Source: Schizosaccharomyces osmophilus (taxonomy: Eukaryota). Taken from it: a DNA stretch of 64,000 bases. Position numbers and translations under genes: made by a program. The stretch covers positions 3,968,001 to 4,032,000 of the forward strand of contig NC_079238.1 of assembly GCF_027921745.1 (NCBI RefSeq), in the 5' to 3' direction. Under the pieces are notes generated by a model. The model was not told the DNA's origin and did not search any database. It saw nothing but the letters and a program-made list of their open reading frames with translations. Below are positions 55,420 to 64,000 of this stretch, one piece after another (positions within the stretch are counted from its first letter, which is position 1; the number at the start of each line of letters is the position of its first letter).

Positions 55420-56844
55420 TCAACGACGTTTATTTGGAGGAGGAGCAGCACCAAACGAACTTTGTGTGGCTGCACGCTTCCTTCGCTCAACCTCTTCGGG
55501 AGTGATTTCAATGCCGTTGTGTACATCGAAAATATCAGTCCGGTTACTGACTAATCGTTTCATATTTGCAGCAACATCGACATTCTCCAAGTTCAATGTA
55601 GATCTTCGTGACTCTTCAACTTTACGTTGTTCACGCCAGCGGGGGTCTAGCAAGTGAACGCGCATATGTTCTCCCATTTCGCTTGCTGGAATCATTTCAC
55701 CGGTGAATGGACTACGCTCCATAGGTACATGGCGCTGGAATGCTTTAGGCACAGACTTAGTGGGCTTTGAAACACGGATGGGTGCGTGAGCAGCTGCACC
55801 CATAGGCGAAGGCTGTGTTGCAGGTGAAGGGGATGTTTCTGCGGATGTTCTTTGTGAAGGTAGTGAAGAAGGCATTGCGACACCAAATTCGGCTTTGGCG
55901 GGTGCATTCAAAGGTTCCCAAGCAGCTGAAGTGGGGGGAGCTTCTTCAATGGAGTAATTCATATCGGGCATAGTGAACATTGCTGACTTTTGTTCTAACG
56001 TAGCGGTTTGCAAATCAGCCAAATTTGTCGGTTTGGGAAGTTTTGTTGATTCATCTGCTTCGGTGAACTGGATGACCTCAACCACGGCGAAATCGTTCCA
56101 GTCAATCTGTGCATATTCAATCTTTTCCCTCTCTTGTTCTTCTTTACGCTTTACCTTTTGGGTTTCTTGATATTTCTGCCACTCAACTCTGGGCTGTATT
56201 CGTGAAAGAACGCTATAGGGATCCTGGATATTTTGACGAAGCAAAGGTTCAAAAGGTGGAAGAGTATTTTTTACTAAAGAGGCATATTGTTGTACTATAC
56301 GCGTAAAGTAAGGATAAAGAGCATGATTATGGTGCAAAAAATCAAATTGTGTATTTCCCCATTCTTTTTGTGAAAGTTCAGCAATGAAGGTACGCCCTCG
56401 GATTGCTGCGTAGCGAGCTGTGAGTCGGAGTACGTTTAAGTCCTGCGCTGATACGGAAGGCAAGGGTTCTGAAAACAAATACGGAGGAGGTGCGGGAGGA
56501 GCACTTTCGATGTTTTTTGTGATAGGGCGCGCCAAGTTTGCTGCTCCTTGTCCAACCCCGGTAGTCGCTTTTAGTTTTCCTTGTCTAGCTTCTTGAAGTT
56601 TGTGTTGATAGTACCTGTAGTAAGGATCGTCCACTTGTAAAAAAGAAAATTTTGGATTTTTTATCTCATTTTGGCGAATCTTTTCTTCAAACGCTGGGCC
56701 ATTTCTAGCGACGTAACCGGCGGACTTGTCAATGATCTCTCGGATTTCTGGGGGAGGAAGAATTACATTGGTAGGAAGACCCAAGACGCCGTCTTTCTGG
56801 ATACCATTTAGATCAGATGGAGGTGTACCAGCAGTGGAAGTCAT
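55420..56844 (-). CDS. sap114: U2 snRNP SF3a subunit (Prp21/SF3A1), two SURP domains
   Basis: IIDKSAGYVARNGPAFE..PKFSFL...DPY, QFDFL, YAQIDWNDF and EHMRVHLLDPRW. ATG at 56844. Confidence 0.94.
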   Translation of the reverse strand: MTSTAGTPPSDLNGIQKDGVLGLPTNVILPPPEIREIIDKSAGYVARNGPAFEEKIRQNEIKNPKFSFLQVDDPYYRYYQHKLQEARQGKLKATTGVGQGAANLARPITKNIESAPPAPPPYLFSEPLPSVSAQDLNVLRLTARYAAIRGRTFIAELSQKEWGNTQFDFLHHNHALYPYFTRIVQQYASLVKNTLPPFEPLLRQNIQDPYSVLSRIQPRVEWQKYQETQKVKRKEEQEREKIEYAQIDWNDFAVVEVIQFTEADESTKLPKPTNLADLQTATLEQKSAMFTMPDMNYSIEEAPPTSAAWEPLNAPAKAEFGVAMPSSLPSQRTSAETSPSPATQPSPMGAAAHAPIRVSKPTKSVPKAFQRHVPMERSPFTGEMIPASEMGEHMRVHLLDPRWREQRKVEESRRSTLNLENVDVAANMKRLVSNRTDIFDVHNGIEITPEEVERRKRAATQSSFGAAPPPNKRR

Positions 56845-57240
56845 CGCCACGACGATAATGGTAGATTTCGGGGTTTTTTTATAAATGAAAAAAGATAAGC
56901 CGAACCCAAGCCCAAAAAAACTTTTATAACCTAAAAAAACCTTTTAAAAAACAAATAAAATGAATGGTTCACGAACAGTGCTGTTTTAAGAAGCGAGTGG
57001 ACGCGTGGTAATAGGAAGTTCGTTGAATGTCCAAGGTTAGAGGCATCACGACACTAGAAATTTGTTTTTGTAAGAGATAAAAGGTTACAAGAAAATGAAA
57101 AGGAAACATATTGAAATATTTCTTGCACACAAAATATTGGAAGAAAAGTTTCAACCCTTTTTTTGTGAAGTGCCAATACCTCTTGTTTTTTACAAAACAC
57201 CCGTTGGTTTACATAAACTCCCCAAAGAGCGTTTTTTAAC

Positions 57241-58449
57241 ATGCATTTAAATAGACAACAGTTGAAGAGTCTTCATAATTATCAATACGTGGGTGTTGAT
57301 AATTCTTTATTATCTCGACATGTTTTGAAGCCGTACTGGTGGAACCAGTTGCTCAAAGTGATCCCAATGTGGATGGCGTATGTTGGAATGTGTGTAGAAA
57401 CGCGAAGCTAACGTCTTGAGTATAGCCCTAATCTGATTACCTTGACGGGATTGGGATTTGTCACCGTGAATGTCATAACCATGCTTGTGTACAAGTATGG
57501 ATACGGAATGGAAGGGTACCCTGGCTGGGTGTATGCGTCTTGGGCTGTGGGGTTGTTTTTGTATCAAAGTTTTGATGCAATTGATGGATCGCAGGCGCGT
57601 CGTACCAACAGTTCCTCTCCACTTGGGCAACTGTTTGACCATGGTGTGGATGCCATCAACACGAGTTTGGAAGTTTGGCTGACCACAGAGTTATTTCAGC
57701 TGAGCATTCCCTTGGCCATCATTACTCAATGTGCTAGCTTGTTATACTTTTATGCTTCTACGTGGGAGGAATACCACACGGGCGTCCTGTATCTGTCTTA
57801 CTTCTCTGGTCCCGTGGAAGGCATCTTGATGGTTTGTGTATTGTTTGGTATGACTTCCTATACCGGCAGTGTATTTTGGACTAAACTTCATCCCACCCCC
57901 GAGTCTTTTGGAACCCTTCGTTCTATAATTCCTTATTACACCTATGGCTCTTGTATGTTTAACCTTATGGGGGTTGGTTTGTTTTTGAATATATACCAAA
58001 GTATTCGGAATACAACGCGTACTTTGAAAGAGCAAAAGAAGTGCGTTTGCAAGGGCTTGTTTGGACTTTCTCCCTATCTTGCACAGTGGGCCGCCGTCTT
58101 TTTGCTTTATGCCAAATATCCCAACTTTTTTGAGGAACAGTTTATCGCAATTTATTTATTAAATGCCATACTATTGGCCTATTCTGTTGGTATCGTTATT
58201 GTCTCCCATGTGACCGAATCTTCCTTCCCTTACTGGAATGTTTTGATTTTGCCTTTCATGGTGAACGCTCTGGATGCCTATACGTTTGGAATCCTCGAGG
58301 GCCATCAAAAGGAATACTTGTTTGCGTATTTCGGTTTTGGTCTAGGGATCTATGGGAACTTTGTTGCCCATGTAATATCATCCATCACCGAAGAGTATGG
58401 CATTTCCTGCCTACGCCTTCGCCCCAAACCAGATGAAAAGAAAAACTAA
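57241..58449 (+). CDS. ept1: Choline/ethanolamine phosphotransferase; exons 57241-57377, 57426-58449
   Basis: Y.YVGVDNS, WMA|PNLITL, DAIDGSQARRTNSSSPLGQLFDHGVD and WEEYHTG. Intron 57378-57425 reads GTATGT..GCTAAC..TAG. Confidence 0.93.
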
Positions 58450-59486
58450 ACGAAGCAAAACTAAACAGTTCGATCTTTCATCCTTCCTAGAAGCCGCAAA
58501 ACCCATTTTCGGTTGCTTTCTATCTTAAACCTTTCTTTTCTCGTTTGTTCGAGGTTTGATGGTACGGTCAATATGATATTCTATTAAATCTTTCCTTGAA
58601 GGGGCCATCACTTTCGTCTACAACTTTAGGGTAAGTAGTAGGTAAAGGCATTAATAATATGAACCTCTATGTTTGCAGCGAACCTGTTGTTGAATGTTGT
58701 TGAAATATCTTGCACAAGGAAGGCTGAGTTGTTCCCAATGACTACATTTTTACCTTTTGTTTACATGTCAGTTACGCGCAAAAGAACCCGAAATTAGAGT
58801 TCAGGGTTGGGGCTTGCACTGAATAGATTTGCAAGAATTTAGGAGATGGGAAGGACCCTTTAAAGTTAAATTTGCGGAGAAAATTATAAGCTTCTAAGAT
58901 TTTCTCTATTTTCCATGTACAGGGTTTACGTTTGACATATAAGGGTCGCCAAATATTTTACAGTTTAACCTAACGGGCTCTTCTACTGAAGACTTTATTC
59001 TTTACGCTTTCCCTTATACAGGAGGAACCTAAAACTTCGAAATCGGGTTGGAAACAGGACCTGGCATTGGTTTTATGACCCTCCAGAATGCAAACACTAT
59101 TCTGTTCGAGTTTTTATTCGCATTTCTACTCGTTTTACTTCATATAGAAACGGCTTTTATTTGCTAGGAAGATTATTACATGGTTGCATCATTCACTTTG
59201 ACCGGAAATAAGCTTCGAATAAAACCCAGAAAATCATTACATAATCGATGAGTAGGTCAGGCTGTTTTTTTCTATATAAACAGACCGATTCTTCACTTAT
59301 TCACCATTAAAAACTCTCAACAACGATTTACTAGTGCGCGCTTTCTTCACCGAAAATTTTCACCTCAAAAAAAAAACCCTAAAAATTCTTTTCTTCTTAT
59401 TTCTCCTATCTTTTTGGACACCTATCACTTTCTTTTCTAGATCTACTTTTCATTTATTAATTTTGGAAAAATAACTATTTAAAAAC

Positions 59487-61229
59487 ATGGACAAACACTT
59501 TATTAACGACCCTGATGTCTTGGTCAAAGGCGCTCTTAAATCCTTGACTTCATTAAACAAGACCCTTACTGTTCATGAGGAGGGAAAATTTATTTACTAC
59601 CACGAATATAATAAGAAAAATGTCAGTGTTATATCAGGCGGTGGTGCAGGGCACGAACCCACTCACTCCTCGTTTGTTGGCAAGGGGATGCTAAGTGCTA
59701 CAATCTGTGGCTCTATTTTTGCTTCCCCTTCTTCTAAACAAATTAATGCCGGTATTAAGCAAGTCAAGTCGGATGCTGGTACTTTGGTGATTTGCAAAAA
59801 TTATACGGGCGATGTCCTTCATTTTGCTATGGCTGTGGAAAAAGAAAGAGCCGCTGGAAGACAGGCTGAATTGGTCGCCGTGGGCGATGATGTCTCTGTT
59901 GGCCGTGCCAAGAGTGGTAAGGTCGGTCGTCGTGGTCTCGCCGGTACCGTTCTCGTTCACAAATTGGCCGGTGCCGCTGCTTGCCATGGTATTGCTTTGG
60001 AAGGCCTTGTAAAACTTTGCCGTGCTGCCAATGATAACATGGTCAGTATTAACGCTTCTTTGGCACATGTCCATGTTCCCGGACAAGGTGCTCGTTCCGA
60101 AGATGAATGCATGGCTCACGACGAAATGGAGCTCGGTATGGGTATCCACAACGAACCCGGTTGCCGTCGCATCTCCCCTATTCCCTCTATTGATGAACTT
60201 GTATCTGAAATGCTAAAGCAACTCTTGGACCAATCGGATAAGGATCGTGCTTATGTGAATATCAACAGTGAGGATGAGGTGGTGTTAGTCATGAATAACC
60301 TTGGTGGTTTGTCCTTGCTTGAATTCAGTGCTGTTTCTAGTAAAGTCGAGGAAGCCCTTGCCGAACAGTATTCCATTCATCCAGTCCGTGTCTATGCCGG
60401 TACCTTCACCACCAGTTTGAACGGTCTTGGTTTTGGTATCACCTTGTTCCGTACCACCGACCTTGTAAACATTAATGGTAAGGATATTTCCTTCATCGAT
60501 TTGCTAGATGAACCTGTTGAGGCTATTGGCTGGCCTTACTGCCAACCTGCAAACAGAAACTCCAAGAACAAGATTGGCAACATCAGCATTCAAGAAGCTC
60601 ATGCCGATATTCATTCTCCTGTCAAAATCAACAAAGAAGCTGTTCGCAGGATTATTCTTACCGCCATGCAAAATGTAATTGATGCGGAACCCGAGATTAC
60701 CAAGTTTGATACAATTGCGGGTGACGGTGATTGCGGTACCACATTGAAGCGGGGTGCTGAAGGTGTCGCTGACTTTGTCAAATCTGACAAATTCTGCGAT
60801 GACCCAATTCGTCTAGTTCGCGATATTGCCGACGTCATTGAAGACAATATGGACGGTACCTCTGGTGCTTTGTATGCCATCTTTTTCCATGGTTTCGCCA
60901 AGGGCGTGAAGGATCATCTACAGGAAAAGAAGGATGTTTCCACCAAGATGTGGTCCAGCGCCCTGAATGCTGCTTTGAATACTCTCTTCAAGTATACTCC
61001 TGCTCGCCCTGGTGATCGTACTATGTGCGATGCTCTTGTTCCATTTGTCGAAAAGTTCGTCGAAACCGACAACATCCATGCTGCTGTTAAGACTGCTCGC
61101 GAGGGTGCTGAAAGTACTGCATACTTGCAAGCTAAGCTCGGTCGTGCTGTTTATGTTGGTGGAGATGTGAAGGTTCCCGATGCCGGTGCTCTTGGTGTTG
61201 CTGCTATCGTAGAAGGTTTCGCCAAGTAG
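59487..61229 (+). CDS. dak1: Dihydroxyacetone kinase
   Basis: [51 protein letters not shown] and LGRA.YVG. Confidence 0.96.
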   Translation: MDKHFINDPDVLVKGALKSLTSLNKTLTVHEEGKFIYYHEYNKKNVSVISGGGAGHEPTHSSFVGKGMLSATICGSIFASPSSKQINAGIKQVKSDAGTLVICKNYTGDVLHFAMAVEKERAAGRQAELVAVGDDVSVGRAKSGKVGRRGLAGTVLVHKLAGAAACHGIALEGLVKLCRAANDNMVSINASLAHVHVPGQGARSEDECMAHDEMELGMGIHNEPGCRRISPIPSIDELVSEMLKQLLDQSDKDRAYVNINSEDEVVLVMNNLGGLSLLEFSAVSSKVEEALAEQYSIHPVRVYAGTFTTSLNGLGFGITLFRTTDLVNINGKDISFIDLLDEPVEAIGWPYCQPANRNSKNKIGNISIQEAHADIHSPVKINKEAVRRIILTAMQNVIDAEPEITKFDTIAGDGDCGTTLKRGAEGVADFVKSDKFCDDPIRLVRDIADVIEDNMDGTSGALYAIFFHGFAKGVKDHLQEKKDVSTKMWSSALNAALNTLFKYTPARPGDRTMCDALVPFVEKFVETDNIHAAVKTAREGAESTAYLQAKLGRAVYVGGDVKVPDAGALGVAAIVEGFAK

Positions 61230-61525
61230 ACACGCATTATTTATAACCCTTATATTTGTTGTATTATTATTATTAGAAGAACATATATATCTAGTTTTAT
61301 CTGATTCTAGTTTTATGTAGACACCGCAATACGTTATATACTTACTACCAATGAAATGCTTATTATATAGAAATTATTATTTCCATACTTGGATTGTCTT
61401 TTACTGTAATTGCAGATTCGTAACATCGTAACACAAAAAGAATAGAATGAATTTGTATTCATCGTCATATTATTTTACTGTACAAGGTAAGGTATCTTAT
61501 GTTGTTCGGAATTTTAATAAAGGGG

Positions 61526-62394
61526 TTAAAGATTTTTTACCATTGACTTTACTAATTGAACCTGCTCATCATCATTCAAAAATTCCGACTGTTTTATGCA
61601 ATTGCTAATCAAAATCGTGGTCGGAATCGTTTCCGAGTGAGTCCACACACGTCCGTTCATCCCAACGGCAATTTCAAAAGGAACATAGGTGCCAAGAGCT
61701 TGCAAAAGGGCATTTTGAGGGGACAAAAGTTTTCTGCAGTGTGATAGGGATAATCCAGTAATCATATAACCTTCTTTTAATTCTCCAAAACCGCTAGCTT
61801 TTCCTGTGGCCGCATCTAAACATTCCAGCTCTGGTTCCATATCGCGGTCAGCCAAAGATACGCGAGCATACACCAAGCTTCCAACAGTTAAATTTGGTTT
61901 GCTTTTTCGAGTAACGTTCTCAAAGGCCAATGCGTTCAATTGAGCACTATGTGCTGATCCAATATCCACCCGATAACCCTCAGCAAAACGAGAAGTAATT
62001 TGCCCAATGACCTGATCATTCATAGCAGGAATATACTAGAGTAGAGTTAGCACCTGCTCATCAGACAGGAAAAGACACAACAAGTACATAGACGCCATCG
62101 TTTTGCTCTCTCTAGTCATGTCTTCTTTGAGTGATTACAAATCGCACTATCGATTTTTCCTGACTCGAATTTCTTTCTACTTACTCTTTTCATTCTTGTA
62201 TCCACCAATACAGTGTTTTTGACTCCCTGATGCAAAATACCAGGTCGAGAGACCTTGATTTTATCTTCATGATCGTGTTTTTGATGAACTAAGCCAGGAC
62301 CTAGTCGAACAGTTCCTTGCTCTATTACATTAGACAACTTTACATCGTCTCCTGGAAAGTAGTAAGAAGGACTTGATTCTTTAACTTCTGACAT
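61526..62394 (-). CDS. rrp40: Exosome subunit Rrp40; exons 62394-62185, 62035-61526
   Basis: FPGD, LGPGL, KR|YIP..ND.VIG, AFENVTRKSKPNL.VGSLVYARV and FEIAVGMNGRVW. Intron 62184-62036 reads GTAAGT..CTAAC..TAG. Confidence 0.93.
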
Positions 62395-62686
62395 GTTGTT
62401 ATATTCGAAGTTCTTTATTGCAGTGTTTACCTTGGATGAAAATTACCGTTTTGCGCAGCACTAGAACGCTATTTGAATATAGTGGCTTATTTATGCCTTG
62501 GTCCTTTGAACGACGGCTTTGTAAAAACAGTTTACTGTATCCCAACACAGTCTTTTATTACGTAAAGTGTATATAACAATACATGCTTCTTGTCGTTAAA
62601 TATTCCTAGAGCACTCCCTTTCACAGTGTTATCTGGTAACAATGACCCATCTTTATAGACACAAACCAATATAAACATATGTCTGA

Positions 62687-63283
62687 ATGGCAGATAATCA
62701 GTACTCCTCGCCGTTAGAAAGGCTAGACGGAATTGTAGACGATGAATTCAATGATAACTGCTCGAATACGGTGTTTGATCCACCATTCTATGGGCATCCC
62801 ATGTTGATTCCGCCGTCTCCTTCATTGACTACGATGCTGCGAGCAAGGTCTACCACGCCCGAAGGAGACGAAATTGACGTCTCTGAAATGGATCAGCAGG
62901 ATTGGGATATCATGGTCAAGGTCCCTACTTATGAATACTATGGATTCGTTCTGTACCTGGTATCGATGGTCGCTTTTGGCCTCTTCATCTTTTGGGCGAT
63001 TCTTCCAGCTTCTGCGTTAAATTATTTGGAAATACATTCCTACCTTTCTCGTTGGTGGGCACTGGCAATTCCAAGTTGGATATTGGTGCTGGTCATTTAT
63101 ATCCACGTTGCTTTGAGTGCATACAACACCGAAGTGCTGACAAGGCCTCTCAGTAGCTTGGAATTTTTAGTAGATCAATATTCCCAAGTAGGCGAAGAGG
63201 ATGGAGCCGCTTGCGGTCGTGTTGTCGACCTTCGCCTGTGCGATGTAAACCGTCAACGATACGAGGTCACAAATGCAAAGTAA
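62687..63283 (+). CDS. mug84: GPI-GlcNAc transferase subunit PIG-P/Gpi19
   Basis: PTYEYYGF..Y, WA.LP, SRWWALAIP, two transmembrane segments and C-terminal DL.L.DVN. Confidence 0.85.
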   Translation: MADNQYSSPLERLDGIVDDEFNDNCSNTVFDPPFYGHPMLIPPSPSLTTMLRARSTTPEGDEIDVSEMDQQDWDIMVKVPTYEYYGFVLYLVSMVAFGLFIFWAILPASALNYLEIHSYLSRWWALAIPSWILVLVIYIHVALSAYNTEVLTRPLSSLEFLVDQYSQVGEEDGAACGRVVDLRLCDVNRQRYEVTNAK

Positions 63284-63607
63284 GGATGGCTCCAGGAAAT
63301 CAGATGACCTTTATGTTGGCTTTTTTTTCTCTTTTACTACTAACCCTTAATGACACAATTCATGATATGTTTACAAAGATGCTGAGCGAATGTGGACTTC
63401 GGTTCTTTCATTCATAGGATAATAGTTATATTTCATCGTAATCTTTCATTAGATTGACAAATAGAGATAAATGATTTTGCTTCATAGATGAGAAGTCTTT
63501 TGACAGGCATTCATTAGTATATGTATAGATAGTCCAAAACATTGGGAATTTAGTATCTCGAAAGTACTGAGAGAAACAAAGATGCACCCGTTCAGCAAAC
63601 AGCAAAT

Positions 63608-64000
63608 CTATTCCCAATCGTCATCTTCATCATTATCTTTACCTTTATTAGGCTTCGTGTTGTCCTTCTCTGTAGTGGGAGTCTCTGGAGTTACCTTTTC
63701 ATCAGCGTGACTAACAGAAGGAGTTGAAGTAGCGCTCTTCTTTTCGTTTTGTTCCGGGTCAAGCTCGTCCTTAGTATCTTTAGAAACTTCTTCCTTTCTT
63801 TTACTTGTATCCTTATCGGCTTTTTCTTCTTCAACATCGCTTTTTTCATCATCCCAACTAAATATTTCTTCTTCATTGTGTATTGAACTCATAGACTTCG
63901 TTGGTCGAATTCCTTCCTTGTACCAAAAGAAACGTTTCCAAAATGCGTCGTAGGAAACTTGAGAAGGCACCAATTGTTCCATCTGATTACGTAGACTTTC
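63608..64000 (-). CDS. 3' part of a BSD-domain protein (Dos2-like, SPAC22A12.14c-like), truncated by the window edge
   Basis: LVPSQVSYDAFWKRFF (BSD signature), EEEIFSWDD and an acidic tail ending DDDWE. Confidence 0.8.
   Translation of the reverse strand, partial: ESLRNQMEQLVPSQVSYDAFWKRFFWYKEGIRPTKSMSSIHNEEEIFSWDDEKSDVEEEKADKDTSKRKEEVSKDTKDELDPEQNEKKSATSTPSVSHADEKVTPETPTTEKDNTKPNKGKDNDEDDDWE

Noticed and set aside
49973..63283. Apparent lipid/glycosylation gene cluster (ogm1, crd1, ept1, dak1, mug84)
   Set aside because: It is interleaved with unrelated housekeeping genes, spans different pathways and compartments, and shows no shared motif.
1..64000. Tf-type LTRs, retrotransposon or wtf sequences
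   Set aside because: I recognised no LTR-like segment with target duplication and no gag/pol/integrase ORF. The only retroviral-type protease motif belongs to host Mud1. Decayed solo LTRs cannot be excluded without a repeat-library search.

Overview
Eukaryotic, gene-dense fission-yeast DNA. It is a Schizosaccharomyces species other than S. pombe, probably from the S. octosporus/cryophilus/osmophilus group: proteins are clearly orthologous to S. pombe genes but diverged, and introns are short with GT...CTRAY...AG signals. Orthology and gene order are recognised from memory, not from a database search; they match S. pombe chromosome I cosmids SPAC56F8, SPAC30D11 and SPAC22A12. I support 32 protein-coding genes (the last truncated by the window edge, exon structures traced by hand) and one tRNA-Ser(AGA). 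There is no CRISPR array, rRNA or recognisable transposon. The most notable observations are: (1) an EXPERA/TMEM97-like membrane gene stops only 18 nt before the mud1 (Ddi1 protease) start codon, with a 3'-splice-site-like signal in the gap; (2) a serine hydrolase carries an apparently dead DHFR-like domain; (3) Ogm1 has several altered PMT active-site motifs; (4) crd1 is a HAD-hydrolase/cardiolipin-synthase tandem with an internal presequence-like linker; (5) a purine/pyrimidine strand-skew switch, full of microsatellites, is centred near 38 kb; (6) the convergent aps3 and hfl1 stop codons are 11 nt apart; (7) there is an inferred inversion and gene loss relative to S. pombe.
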